The notes beneath the pieces were generated by a model. The model was not told where the DNA came from and did not search any database. It saw only the letters and a program-made list of their open reading frames with translations. DNA of 64,000 nt, taken from IMG/VR virus record IMGVR_UViG_3300009034_000016, positions 1 through 64,000 of that record; one strand, 5' to 3'. This stretch comes from a virus. The position numbers were made by a program, and so were the translations under genes. Positions 28,981 to 39,331 of the stretch are shown in pieces. The stretch's first letter is position 1. Every line of letters starts with the position of its first letter.

Positions 28981-30162
28981 ATGCCTTACCCGTTTAACAT
29001 CTACGATTTTATAATCGAGCCCATCCGGCTTCAGGATCAAAAAACCAAATTTTTGGAACGGTATCTGAAGGGGCCGCAGAACGTTGCGAACACGACATGG
29101 GATAAGATTCAGAGTGTCAAGCAGTTATTCGATTGGGAACTCACCCCGGATGAGGCTCTTAGATATCTACTCTGGCATGTCGGATTTACACGGGATCTTG
29201 ATTACATCGTCCAGGAGCTTGATTACGATGACCTGCGACGACTTCTCGGCCTTGCCATTCCGATGTGGAAAAGTAAGGGAGTCCCTAGCGGGCTTGAGGG
29301 CACCGTTAGATCTCTTGTTGGTAGAGACCCACAGATATTCGACTGGTTTCATTTAAGATACGAGGAGGGCAAAACATATTTCGGGGAAGAGTGGCTGGGA
29401 GACGATCCGTTTTTCGTAGAGGAGGTTGGGGCGGCCGCAAGAGATGAGCACTACTCCATTGCTTTTGTTGAAGATACTTATGAGAGCATAAACCAGACTT
29501 TACTCGCCGATATTTTTCGTTTATGTAGACCCCTCGGTGAGCGGTTTGATATATTTCTGTGTAATATATTTGACCAGTTTACAGTTGGGTTTGATAGATG
29601 GAGTGTTTGCGAAGGAAGCGATAATCTTTCTTTAGAAAATGGGGTTTTAGTTTACGGATTTGGGTTGGGTGGCCATGTTAAATTTAATATAAATGAGGCA
29701 GTTAATTGGAAATCCTATATAACAAAATGGAGAGTAAAGATAGAGCATCAATCGACTTCCAATCAAACATTTGGAATTAGCGTATATATGTATCCTGGTT
29801 CTGGAACTTACGATGATCAAATACTTTGTATTTACAGAAATGATACAAAAACAGCGTCAATTTGGAAACGTATTAACGATTCTTGGACGGTGGAGGCGAC
29901 GACATCTTATTATATTCCTCCAGAAGCTTGGTTTACTTGGACAATTGTCATAGATCATCAATACGAGGGTGAGACTGAGGAGCGCATTGTTATCAAATGG
30001 TATTTGGACGGAGATTTAGTTATAGAGAAGGACTGGCCGAAGGCGGACGTTCCTAATCAGGGAACGGTGGGTTTCAGAAGAACCGTTAATACTAAATGTT
30101 ATATTGATTGGGTTAGGTTACAGAAATTGCCGATAGTTCCCATTAATGTTGGGCCGGCATAG
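28981..30162 (+). CDS. Baseplate wedge / P2 gpI-like tail protein with C-terminal beta-sandwich
   Basis: FLERYL, LRYLLWHVG, WKSKG motifs. Confidence 0.75.
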   Translation: MPYPFNIYDFIIEPIRLQDQKTKFLERYLKGPQNVANTTWDKIQSVKQLFDWELTPDEALRYLLWHVGFTRDLDYIVQELDYDDLRRLLGLAIPMWKSKGVPSGLEGTVRSLVGRDPQIFDWFHLRYEEGKTYFGEEWLGDDPFFVEEVGAAARDEHYSIAFVEDTYESINQTLLADIFRLCRPLGERFDIFLCNIFDQFTVGFDRWSVCEGSDNLSLENGVLVYGFGLGGHVKFNINEAVNWKSYITKWRVKIEHQSTSNQTFGISVYMYPGSGTYDDQILCIYRNDTKTASIWKRINDSWTVEATTSYYIPPEAWFTWTIVIDHQYEGETEERIVIKWYLDGDLVIEKDWPKADVPNQGTVGFRRTVNTKCYIDWVRLQKLPIVPINVGPA

Positions 30163-30174
30163 AGGAGGTAATTC

Positions 30175-32082
30175 ATGGCAACCGGAGATAAATACACAAA
30201 TGTCTATTCCAAGAAGTTCCTATCCTGGCAAGAGTTCAGCACCTACATCATTACTTACCTTAAGAACTTAATCAAGGACGGGATTGCCAGTTTCGTTACC
30301 GGAGGGCTATCAAGTGGCTTCTTCTCAGCCGTTACGCTATCTTCCGATATTGCGGACGAGATCGATGTCGGGGCATTTAAGGGAGCGGATAAAGAGTCCA
30401 ATATTATAGAGCAAGCCATCCCTCGCTCCGGTTATGAAAAAGATGTGCCTTTTGAGAATACCACGGCCATCGACTATCATGTCGGGGTGCACCAGTTTGA
30501 GGTGCCAGACGATGCCGAGATCGCGGCCCGGAGTGGGCAGGCGGAATATCGCTATTTCCGGGAGGACATCGGGGAGATGGCTCACCCGGATTCCGTTACC
30601 GATAATGGGGATGGGACGATGACCCTGGTTGTCAACTCCGTAACCGAGGCCCGGGATAACACGGACCGATATGTCTATGTCTGGTTAGTTGATCCCCTAT
30701 CTGCGGTGGATTGGATCGAGGAGAAGCAGATAGTATGGAGTAGCGGGACTTCCGAGAATAAGATTACCACAACGGCGAAGCTCGGCCAGGATACGATCTC
30801 TACCAATGTTAATGACTACTGGGTAGCTTTGCGGGGAGTCTCGATTAAGCGGGATACCGACTTAAGGACAGATAAATCTTATATCTATGTCGGTAAGGCG
30901 ACGGGTAATAGCGGGGGCATTCCGACCTTCAGCACGACCGACCAGAAGCTGTTGGAAAGTATTTATAACTTTGAGCAGGAGGTGATTGATGCGCGGACCT
31001 CCGATGTATATGGGGCAAAAGCGTCTCTTGATCTAAGGATAGAAGAAGTGGATGGGGAGGTCAATACTGCCCGGGATGGCAAGACCACACTTCAAGACAG
31101 GCTTGAAGGAGAAGCCGAGTTCAATGTGATTATTGATACCGCCGACAAGGGCGATTACCTAACCTTGGCTGCCTATATTGCCGATTCTCCGGCTGCCGGG
31201 GATCGGGTTCTAATTAATGTCGATGAGGAGATCACTGGGGCCACGATGGTTATCCCGGCCAACATCATGCTTCAGCAGCAAAAGAATAAGAAATTTTGGT
31301 GTGATGAAGATTTAGCGATTGTCCTTCAGTTTAGCGATGGAATTGTGACCGTAGGAGAGATTTTACTTGATTTGTCACATACTGGCACCGTAACGACAGC
31401 GATATCTTTTAATGGGGGCAATAATAGCCATTTCAATCTTAGAGTTGGCAATCTTAGCACAGGAACAGTTACTAATGCCTTCAAGATAGAATCTGGCAAG
31501 AGAAGTAATGTAGCGAAAGGAGAAGCGATTGAGGTTGGTGCAGGACTATTCACTAACATTTTAGTTGATAGCTCTGGTACAACAGATAACGATATTGTTA
31601 TTAGGAAAGATGGCGGAGTTATAAATGGGGGCGATGGGACTGCTGATTATCGAATGGATCAAGAACATGAGGAAAGCGGACTACACTCAGATGGTGGATC
31701 TTATGGTTGGCATGGAGATCAAGACACAATAAAGATACTTTCAGGGGATTTTTCTTCAAACGATGCTAGTAATCCAGCAGTGCTCTATGCCGGCTTTGTT
31801 TCAAGTTTGAACGCTACTGTAGATTTTTATGCTAATATTCCTATACCGATGGGATATAAAGCTACTGCTGTTAGGATATATTCAAGTGTCTCAAGGGACA
31901 TTGATGTTCTTGAATGTGATATAGATACATCCACATCCATAAGTAAAGGAACTGGTAATACAACGGCGGAGATCGACATAACCGATGTAACTGCTGATGG
32001 GACTAATTATTTAAATATCCAGGTTAAAGATATTAATAGTGCAGAGATAAGAGGAGGTTATGTAACTATTGCGAAGGCTTAA
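30175..32082 (+). CDS. Tail fibre / receptor-binding protein
   Basis: Follows gpI; EVIDAR..SLDLRI coiled motif; beta-rich C-terminus encoded by more AT-rich DNA. Confidence 0.65.
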   Translation: MATGDKYTNVYSKKFLSWQEFSTYIITYLKNLIKDGIASFVTGGLSSGFFSAVTLSSDIADEIDVGAFKGADKESNIIEQAIPRSGYEKDVPFENTTAIDYHVGVHQFEVPDDAEIAARSGQAEYRYFREDIGEMAHPDSVTDNGDGTMTLVVNSVTEARDNTDRYVYVWLVDPLSAVDWIEEKQIVWSSGTSENKITTTAKLGQDTISTNVNDYWVALRGVSIKRDTDLRTDKSYIYVGKATGNSGGIPTFSTTDQKLLESIYNFEQEVIDARTSDVYGAKASLDLRIEEVDGEVNTARDGKTTLQDRLEGEAEFNVIIDTADKGDYLTLAAYIADSPAAGDRVLINVDEEITGATMVIPANIMLQQQKNKKFWCDEDLAIVLQFSDGIVTVGEILLDLSHTGTVTTAISFNGGNNSHFNLRVGNLSTGTVTNAFKIESGKRSNVAKGEAIEVGAGLFTNILVDSSGTTDNDIVIRKDGGVINGGDGTADYRMDQEHEESGLHSDGGSYGWHGDQDTIKILSGDFSSNDASNPAVLYAGFVSSLNATVDFYANIPIPMGYKATAVRIYSSVSRDIDVLECDIDTSTSISKGTGNTTAEIDITDVTADGTNYLNIQVKDINSAEIRGGYVTIAKA

Positions 32083-32482
32083 AGGTTAATAAAAAGCAAT
32101 CGTTTTTGCTCATATCATCATAAAATTCTCTTTGCTTTTGATATGGGTAATTTTCGTCATCATCGCAATAGGATTCTATATGAGCAGTTTCGTGAATAAT
32201 AACAGAACATTCGTAGGTTAATGAGGAATATTTTATATAAATATTGTCACAGTCACATTTTGCAAGACCATTTTTTGGTTTACCTTCATGTATTAATTCA
32301 TCAATATGGTATGCACAATGGACATAATTTCTAATGTATTCTGGCCACTCCGGTCCTGCGCACTCAATGATTCTCCAGTGTTTTGCAGAGATACTGAGAT
32401 TCTTAGATTTATCAGGACAAGGAGGGCAATCGGGGCCGCAACTGAAAAGGAAAATAAGACAGAATAAAAGAAGCTTCTTCAT
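32066..32482 (-). CDS. Lipoprotein with HExxH zincin motif (moron-like)
   Basis: MKKLLLFCLIFLFS|C lipobox, IIHETAH; AT-rich; only convincing minus-strand gene. Confidence 0.7.
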   Translation of the reverse strand: MKKLLLFCLIFLFSCGPDCPPCPDKSKNLSISAKHWRIIECAGPEWPEYIRNYVHCAYHIDELIHEGKPKNGLAKCDCDNIYIKYSSLTYECSVIIHETAHIESYCDDDENYPYQKQREFYDDMSKNDCFLLTFKPSQ

Positions 32483-32489
32483 TTTTTTA

Positions 32490-32519
32490 ATTCTATTATA
32501 GCAAAATAGAGTTTGTCAA
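32490..32519 (-). promoter_or_regulatory. Sigma70-type promoter for the lipoprotein gene (probably leaderless)
   Basis: Minus strand reads TTGACA-N18-TAGAAT-7 nt-ATG, with an overlapping TGCTATAAT extended -10. Confidence 0.55.
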
Positions 32520-32739
32520 GCTAATTATTCCTTTTTAAGCAGAATCATTACTAATGGCAGAAACTAAAAATAAAAATATGCCTTCGATAGAGCAAACCAT
32601 ATTAGCACTTCCCAAGGAGGTAATAGTGCCCTTTCAGGTCTATATTTTTCTTCTCCATCCGCAATAACTTGACTAATCTATCCTTTCTGTATTTTCGATT
32701 TAACCTAACTTTTTAGAAACTAAATAGTTGGGGGTGGAT

Positions 32740-33402
32740 ATGAAAGATAAACTTCTCATAATCCCTGGGCATCTTGGTAAGGATACCGGGGCTATCGGTA
32801 AACCCTCTGAAGACATCGTTGGTGACTTCGGCCCCCCGACCTCCGAGAAGGAATGCTGGATCAATCTACAGCAGGCGATTGGATTTTGTATTGCCTGGGC
32901 GGCAAGTGACCTGTGCACACGCGTGCAGGTAACCCTTGTAGTTCCAAACGGTGAGGTAAAGCCCGGGCTGATTGATGTAATTGATATGAAAGGTCCCAAG
33001 AAATTCACTTTAGAGAAACGCGTCTTGCTGGCAAATTCTCTCTCGGCGGACATGGTAGAATTACATCAGAATGCTTTTTCCAGTTCGGTTGTCCAGGGGA
33101 GCGAGATCTGTGTTTATAGGAAGTTCAGGCGAGGGAAACTGTCAGAGAATACCATAGTAGCCCGGGCAATGCTGGAGGAGTTGGAAAAGCTTGGGCTCCA
33201 GAGCCGGGGGGTCAAGGAGCGCCCAGATTTGTATTCGCTCAGAAAGACAAAACATCTATCTTTCGTAGTAGAGTCGGGGTTCATTTCAAATCCCAGAGAG
33301 CTACGGCTTCTTGATGTGGACTGTGATGGATTTAACGAGAGTGTGGGTTTGGCGCTCTGGCAGGGGTATTCCAAAGCATACAAAAAGCTGAAAGGACTAT
33401 AA
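32740..33402 (+). CDS. Endolysin, N-acetylmuramoyl-L-alanine amidase (Amidase_3)
   Basis: IIPGHLGKDTGA, EKE, ELHQNA, VESGFISN zinc-amidase motifs. Confidence 0.88.
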   Translation: MKDKLLIIPGHLGKDTGAIGKPSEDIVGDFGPPTSEKECWINLQQAIGFCIAWAASDLCTRVQVTLVVPNGEVKPGLIDVIDMKGPKKFTLEKRVLLANSLSADMVELHQNAFSSSVVQGSEICVYRKFRRGKLSENTIVARAMLEELEKLGLQSRGVKERPDLYSLRKTKHLSFVVESGFISNPRELRLLDVDCDGFNESVGLALWQGYSKAYKKLKGL

Positions 33403-33404
33403 CG

Positions 33405-33650
33405 TTGACCGACTTCGTTATCGCTCTATTAATATTTTTCCTGATATGTATCCCGATGAGCATAGTTGGGTTGTTAACCAATGACACAACACTGCAGTTT
33501 GTGATGTTAACCCTCACCGGGGTCGCTTTCCTGGCGGGGTTTATAATGAAGGGGCTGCTTAATCGGCTGGTAGGCCCGGGCGGTAAAGAAAATAAGCAGC
33601 CATTGGAGACGGTTGAGTTGACGAACATCCCGGGTAATAGTTTAAGGTGA
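33405..33650 (+). CDS. Holin-like protein with two TM segments
   Basis: Two hydrophobic helices; directly after the endolysin. Confidence 0.55.
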   Translation: MTDFVIALLIFFLICIPMSIVGLLTNDTTLQFVMLTLTGVAFLAGFIMKGLLNRLVGPGGKENKQPLETVELTNIPGNSLR

Positions 33651-33658
33651 AGAGGTAG

Positions 33659-33967
33659 ATGGCGTTTGCAAATCCAATACCGGAAGCCGTTGCAGTTATT
33701 CCATTACCGGATTATGACTCCGGCTGGTTTACTACTATCATTGATGCTTATGTCAATTTAACACATAATTTAGGTGGTAGTACTGACCGTTATATGGTAG
33801 AATTACATTACCGGGGTGGCCCACTCGGGGAAGGAGAGAGTGACCGATGGGAAAAAAATAAAGGGGTGCATTGGGAAAATCTAACAACAACTACTATAGA
33901 TGTATACCGGGCCAAGGAAGATGATTGCTGCCTCGAAGCAAGGGTGAGGATTTGGGTTACAGATTGA
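33659..33967 (+). CDS. Small beta protein resembling a tail-fibre distal domain
   Basis: DYDSGWF..LTHNLG..RVRIW pattern. Confidence 0.45.
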   Translation: MAFANPIPEAVAVIPLPDYDSGWFTTIIDAYVNLTHNLGGSTDRYMVELHYRGGPLGEGESDRWEKNKGVHWENLTTTTIDVYRAKEDDCCLEARVRIWVTD

Positions 33968-33979
33968 TTGGATTAACTT

Positions 33980-35167
33980 ATGGCTAATTTAGAAAAAATT
34001 CAATTCGCTGCTGCTAAAACCGGACTAAGTATCATAGGCAGAATAGTGCGGGATGCTGATCTTTATTATTATGATTTCGTAACAGGGGGCAATACCTTCG
34101 TTGCCACCGATTCGGCTAATACAAGAATAACTATGCCTGCCCGAAGTGCTCCGCAAAACTATATCTACGAATCCGCTACTTTTGATATTGAACTCTGGAA
34201 CGACGGTTGGTACGAATGGCAAGTATATGATGCTGTCGATAAGCTGCTTGCATTATCACGATATTATATTTCCAATGGGTTTATCATGTTTGATAATTAT
34301 CTTGTTGGTTTAAAGACCGATATAACGGGAGTGAAAGCAAAGACGGATAACCTGCCCCCGAACCCCACGAGCGAAACTAATGCGACCGCCAATAAGGACT
34401 CTATTATCGTCGAGATAGATAATAACGAAACCAAAATAGATTCCGTGCAGGGGGATGTTACCGCCATTAAGGCAAAAACCGATAATCTGCCTGTCGATCC
34501 AACTTCCGAAGCTAATGCAACTGCGAACAGGAACGCAATCGTAGCTGAGGTTAACGAGAACGAGGGAAAGATAGATATCGTTGACGGCAATGTGGATAGT
34601 ATCAAAACAAAAACTGATAACCTGCCCGTTGATCCAGCGAGTGAAGCCAACGCCACAGCTAACAAGGATGTGATCGTAGCTGAGGTAAATGTTAATGAAG
34701 GCAAAATAGATTCAGTTCAGGTAGATGCAACCGCAATAAAGGCAAAGACTGATAATTTACCGACGGATCCGACGTCTGAGACCAATGCTACGGCGAATAA
34801 GAATGAGATAGTTACCGAGGTGGATGTCAATGAGACCCTAATTAACGGGGTCAAAATTAAAACGGATAACCTCCCAATCGACCCTACCTCCGAGACAAAT
34901 GCTACTACCAATAAAGATGAAATCATTGCAGAGATAGACGGCAATGAGGGGAAGCTTGATGACATTAAATCAGATACCACAGCTATTAAGGCGAAGACAG
35001 ATAACTTACCTCCTGACCCTGCTAGTCAATCCCAGGTGGAAACCGCTATCGACCTCGTGCCCGAAGCGGTATGGGAAGTTGATATAAACGATACCGAGCA
35101 ACCAACTATAATCCAAAAAGCTAAACACTGGCAGGGACTGGTAGGCTCGATAATGAGGAAACAATGA
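33980..35167 (+). CDS. Fibrous protein with KxKTDNLPxDP repeats
   Basis: Six KxKTDNLP units with ~45-aa period. Confidence 0.7.
   Translation: MANLEKIQFAAAKTGLSIIGRIVRDADLYYYDFVTGGNTFVATDSANTRITMPARSAPQNYIYESATFDIELWNDGWYEWQVYDAVDKLLALSRYYISNGFIMFDNYLVGLKTDITGVKAKTDNLPPNPTSETNATANKDSIIVEIDNNETKIDSVQGDVTAIKAKTDNLPVDPTSEANATANRNAIVAEVNENEGKIDIVDGNVDSIKTKTDNLPVDPASEANATANKDVIVAEVNVNEGKIDSVQVDATAIKAKTDNLPTDPTSETNATANKNEIVTEVDVNETLINGVKIKTDNLPIDPTSETNATTNKDEIIAEIDGNEGKLDDIKSDTTAIKAKTDNLPPDPASQSQVETAIDLVPEAVWEVDINDTEQPTIIQKAKHWQGLVGSIMRKQ
34333..35030 (+). repeat. Coding tandem repeat, ~135-bp period
   Basis: Units of 45, 45, 45, 38 and 45 aa plus a partial sixth unit. Confidence 0.85.
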
Positions 35168-35643
35168 TTAATGTTCCTAAATTGAAGTCGAAAATGCAAG
35201 AAGTCGTTTGCCCGCAGATGCCGGAATTATGCAGCCTCATATCGTCTCAGGCCTGGTGTCTCGGGAATGCCGAGAAGTTACAATGTCTTGCTGATAACCT
35301 TAACCCTCTCCTGGCGCAGTTTGCCCCAAATGAACTCCTGGACATCGCGGATAAAATAGTAGATATGAAGCATGGGGATTTAGCACAAATCCTGATATAT
35401 CTCATTTCGTGCGTGCCGTCTTTATGTGAATTAATGGAGGGCACTCAGCTCAGCGGAGCTTTATTAGCAAAGCGGAATTTGCTCAAATCCAAAATAGTGC
35501 ATCAAATAGTATTTAAGGAATCTATTGTCAAGTATGGGTGTCAATCGCTGCTGCTTGAACTCAAAGCATATTTAGAATCTCTGGGTGAACTAAGTCCCGA
35601 AGATCAAAAGATACTTGACCAAATAAACGAACTATTATCTTAG
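35164..35643 (+). CDS. Hypothetical helical, Cys-containing protein
   Basis: ATGA overlap with the upstream gene. Confidence 0.55.
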   Translation: MINVPKLKSKMQEVVCPQMPELCSLISSQAWCLGNAEKLQCLADNLNPLLAQFAPNELLDIADKIVDMKHGDLAQILIYLISCVPSLCELMEGTQLSGALLAKRNLLKSKIVHQIVFKESIVKYGCQSLLLELKAYLESLGELSPEDQKILDQINELLS

Positions 35644-35651
35644 GGGTTAGT

Positions 35652-36638
35652 ATGTTTGAATGGTCTACAATACATCAAATCTATCATGGTAGGAATTTTT
35701 ATACTAATGCTAACCCTGCTATTGGCAATGATGCTAATTCCGGAACACAGGAAAGTCCCTTCCTGACAATTGCGCGGGCATTATTGGAATGTAGAGCAGG
35801 CGAAGGGGATAAGGTATGGGCTTACAGTTCAAGAGTGCACTTGCCTGGATTAGGATTATATGCCTTTACGGAAAATGTGCATCTTGATAAAATATTCACG
35901 GCTATTATAGGCCATTTCGGCGTTAATGTTAGTTCCGGGATAGGGATTGATATTTATAATCCTTTCCGACCGATTGAGGATTGTTTGGTTTCAGGAGCTT
36001 TGGTTTCAGGTAATGGAATTGATTCTGGATATCGTTTAAAAAATGCAGCCAGATCGCTAATCGTTCGTTCTGATTGGCTTCTTATTGATGAAGATCCAGG
36101 ACAGGTTGGCTTTGAACTTACCGCCGATCCTGTCGATCCGAATCTTGAATTTTTCGGAGGGAATGGATTTATTAATTGTAAGGCTTCTGGCAATAGAATA
36201 GGAGGGGGGGTTGACAAAACTACTGCATTCAAATTAACAGACTACGGATTTGAAGCTAACTACCTACTGGATCCTTTCGTATCTAAATGTGAGCGCGGAA
36301 TAGAAATTACAAATAGTTCGACTCACGGGGATCATGCTATTGTAGGTGCAAGGTTTTACGATAATGATGAGCCCTGCCACCAAGCGGACGCACTGCACCA
36401 CTGGCACTTATGGGGCTGCCTTTACGATGACCTGGAGCGAGGGCTTGATGGATGGGGGAGGCAGCTGCCCTGGCCTAACGAAGAAGCCTCCTGGACTTTT
36501 GCTCATCCGGACGAATCACCTTTCAGGAATATCGGAGCATTACTTTCTAATAAGATAGGAACCATATCGTCAACATCTATGATTAGGGAGATGCTTTTAA
36601 GTAATCTGTCTAATGGAGGATTCGGGAAGATGTCATGA
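35652..36638 (+). CDS. Parallel beta-helix-like protein
   Basis: GNDANSGTQESPFLTIARAL motif, typical N-cap of pectin-lyase-like beta-helices. Confidence 0.6.
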   Translation: MFEWSTIHQIYHGRNFYTNANPAIGNDANSGTQESPFLTIARALLECRAGEGDKVWAYSSRVHLPGLGLYAFTENVHLDKIFTAIIGHFGVNVSSGIGIDIYNPFRPIEDCLVSGALVSGNGIDSGYRLKNAARSLIVRSDWLLIDEDPGQVGFELTADPVDPNLEFFGGNGFINCKASGNRIGGGVDKTTAFKLTDYGFEANYLLDPFVSKCERGIEITNSSTHGDHAIVGARFYDNDEPCHQADALHHWHLWGCLYDDLERGLDGWGRQLPWPNEEASWTFAHPDESPFRNIGALLSNKIGTISSTSMIREMLLSNLSNGGFGKMS

Positions 36639-37600
36639 GTGAATTGATGAAATTAAATACACTCTATGGTGGTAGCTTAAAGTTGTTCAATCCACTTACA
36701 AGACAGCCTGTTACTGGGAAACTGCCTGGTGATTTTGCCCATACAGTCTACTCCAACGACTCCCTCTCTCTAGACCCGGTAATGGTCGTAGAAATTCTAC
36801 CTTCAGGTAATGGTGAATATTACTGGACTCATACAGCAACGGAGTTGGGATACCGTAAGATAATGATAGAGACTGAAATTATCATTTCTGGGATTACCTT
36901 TCGTCTATCGTTTCCTTTTTCTTTTGAAGTCGTCAAGAACGATCTACAGGATGTCTATGACAAGATTGACAGCCTGGCTGCCGGAGAAGGCTCCGAGCCG
37001 GTGATAATCTATGCGAAAGAGACCGGGAGCGAGCTGCCGATTCCCGAAGTGGACTATGAGATCTGGGACGAAAGTAATTCAGTAAGACTCCATAGTGGCG
37101 AAGATTCCAATAACAACGGCAATCAGGAATTTAATCTCAACCCGGGCAATTACAAGGTAAAGCTCCGGAAGCCTTATTGGAATTTTCCGTTTATAACGGA
37201 TTTAATTGTCTTAACTGGGGGAACCGAACTCACTATCCACGGAGATAGACTATTGCCCTCCGTTCCCTCGGACCCGAATTTGTGCGTAGTTTACGGATAT
37301 GCTTACGGAGTAAATGGGCAGAAACTTCCAGGTGCTGGTATTGTTGCGGAACTAAGTGATTTATCCGCGTTCAAGAACTCGATAAAGATTGCGGAGATGA
37401 CTAACGAGGCCTCCTCTAACGAAGAAGGTTATTTTGAACTTGAATTGATTCCCAACAGTAAGCTTGAGCCGGAAGGATCGCGGTATTCTTTTAAAATCAC
37501 AAAGGACGGAATTTATTTATGGACAGTTCGGGGAACCGTGCCGGATCAAGCAAGTGCACAATTTAGGGATATAATTGATTTATCTGAGATTGATTGTTGA
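36635..37600 (+). CDS. Protein with tandem prealbumin/carboxypeptidase-regulatory-like beta-sandwiches (paralog 1)
   Basis: FNLNPGNYKVKLRKP, LCVVYG, GYFELELIPN; paralog of 38275-39303. Confidence 0.6.
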   Translation: MSELMKLNTLYGGSLKLFNPLTRQPVTGKLPGDFAHTVYSNDSLSLDPVMVVEILPSGNGEYYWTHTATELGYRKIMIETEIIISGITFRLSFPFSFEVVKNDLQDVYDKIDSLAAGEGSEPVIIYAKETGSELPIPEVDYEIWDESNSVRLHSGEDSNNNGNQEFNLNPGNYKVKLRKPYWNFPFITDLIVLTGGTELTIHGDRLLPSVPSDPNLCVVYGYAYGVNGQKLPGAGIVAELSDLSAFKNSIKIAEMTNEASSNEEGYFELELIPNSKLEPEGSRYSFKITKDGIYLWTVRGTVPDQASAQFRDIIDLSEIDC

Positions 37601-37639
37601 ATTTTTTTCATTTGAACTAAAAAAATATAGATTGTTAAA

Positions 37640-38278
37640 TTGCTGTGCTATCAAACAAATTTCAATGCTCCTGACTATGATCTTGGCCCACTCCCGGGCC
37701 AGCAAGGGTGGATTAATCCCGTTCCGGGTAGTTGGCTCGACCCGACGGTTGAGCCGGCTGCTATTTTCTCTGGGCAAGAAGTTCACGCTGCGGCTAGCGC
37801 CGCTCAAATTGCTGGATGTGCAAGATTTCTGGATGGTTTTGGTGCAGGGGGTACCCAGTGGCTTAGGGGATCTTTTGCGAGTAGGCAGCCATTACCATAT
37901 TTAAGCTCTCAAATTACTGATGTTGGAGGAGCATTCGCTTCTCAATTGTTTGGATTTGGAGCTATCCTCTTTTATCCTGATAAAATAATAGTCCAAGATG
38001 GTGCAAATATAGTTTCTACCGGCGTGACCTTTGCTCCCGACGAACCACATATTGTGAAAGCGAAAATAGATTTTACCACCAAAACATGGGATGCTTATGT
38101 TGATGATATGTCCACACCGAAAAAAGTTAATCTCGACCTGCAAGATGCGAATATAAATGATATAAGAGGTTTTATATTCTTTGGAGTCAATGGTTACGGC
38201 ACCAAAGTGATGGATGATTTTTTTGTTGGAGATTTCGATCCTGACCTTGCAATTTTCCGCAGGAGAAGAGAAGTATGA
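37640..38278 (+). CDS. Concanavalin/LamG-like beta-sandwich protein
   Basis: GPLPGQQGW, IDFTTKTWDAYVD, MDDF; start uncertain. Confidence 0.45.
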   Translation: MLCYQTNFNAPDYDLGPLPGQQGWINPVPGSWLDPTVEPAAIFSGQEVHAAASAAQIAGCARFLDGFGAGGTQWLRGSFASRQPLPYLSSQITDVGGAFASQLFGFGAILFYPDKIIVQDGANIVSTGVTFAPDEPHIVKAKIDFTTKTWDAYVDDMSTPKKVNLDLQDANINDIRGFIFFGVNGYGTKVMDDFFVGDFDPDLAIFRRRREV

Positions 38279-39303
38279 TATTAGAGTTTGAAATTCAAAA
38301 GAATGCAGAAGCATATGTAGAAATCTATATTATGGGGTTTGATGGCCATGGTAAGACAGGATTAACATTAGGGACTTTTACTGAGGTTGTTCGCAAACCA
38401 CCGGATGATACTATCAAGGCACTTACTGGTGAAACTTATACCGAACAAGAAAACGGGTGGTATGGACTCCATATACCGGCTAATTTTTGTGATGTTAATG
38501 GGGAATGGAAAATCCATATCAATGAACATGTAGACGGCGGGTGTTTTGATGGGGCTGCTGTCATTAAGGTTATGGAGCATAATCCATACGATTTTTCTGA
38601 CATGGCCAAGGATTCAACTGTCGCCAAAGCAGCGGGAACTAAAGGAACAGACAATATCTTCGACGGCGTGGAAAGTCTCCAGCAGGGCTCCGGGTCTGAG
38701 ACAGCTACCATCTACGCGAAGGAGACTACTACTGAGAATCCCATTCCCGAGGCATATTTTGAAATCTGGGACGAGAGCAATTCCACCCGGCTCTACCGGG
38801 ACGAGGACAGCGATGCTAACGGGACGGCAATATTTAATTTGGCTCCGGGCAACTATAAGGTCAAGATCCGAAAGCCATTCTGGGACTTCCCGACTTACAC
38901 CGATTTGACCGTCCCGGTTGGCGGGACATCGCTGACGGTGCATGCTACGCTCTTCAGTCCATCGGCCCCTCCGGGACCCGATCTTTGCGTGGTCTATGGT
39001 TGGGTAATAGATACCCAAAATAATAAAATTTTCGATGCAATAATAAAAGCTACTCTTGACAACGACGATGCGTTCGATGAAGGTTCGCAGAAAGTAGCTG
39101 ACATGACAATTGAAACAACAAGCAACTTGGAAGGATACTTTGAACTCGTTTTGATTCCCAATTCTAAATATAGTATTACCGGGACCAAGTATGAGTTCGA
39201 GATTGTAAAGGTCGAGGAAGGGTATGGATGGAGAAAGCTGGGTGTTGTCCCCGACCTTGACAATGTGAAGCTGGAGGACGTTGTGAATCCAGCGGCAGAA
39301 TGA
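38275..39303 (+). CDS. Protein with tandem prealbumin-like beta-sandwiches (paralog 2)
   Basis: FNLAPGNYKVKIRKP, LCVVYG, GYFELVLIPN. Confidence 0.6.
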   Translation: MILEFEIQKNAEAYVEIYIMGFDGHGKTGLTLGTFTEVVRKPPDDTIKALTGETYTEQENGWYGLHIPANFCDVNGEWKIHINEHVDGGCFDGAAVIKVMEHNPYDFSDMAKDSTVAKAAGTKGTDNIFDGVESLQQGSGSETATIYAKETTTENPIPEAYFEIWDESNSTRLYRDEDSDANGTAIFNLAPGNYKVKIRKPFWDFPTYTDLTVPVGGTSLTVHATLFSPSAPPGPDLCVVYGWVIDTQNNKIFDAIIKATLDNDDAFDEGSQKVADMTIETTSNLEGYFELVLIPNSKYSITGTKYEFEIVKVEEGYGWRKLGVVPDLDNVKLEDVVNPAAE

Positions 39304-39331
39304 AGAGAGTTCTTAACAAAGGAGGTGTAGC

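Noticed and set aside
30175-32082. Diversity-generating retroelement or invertible fibre tip
   Set aside because: No reverse transcriptase, no TR/VR pair and no invertase seen in the window
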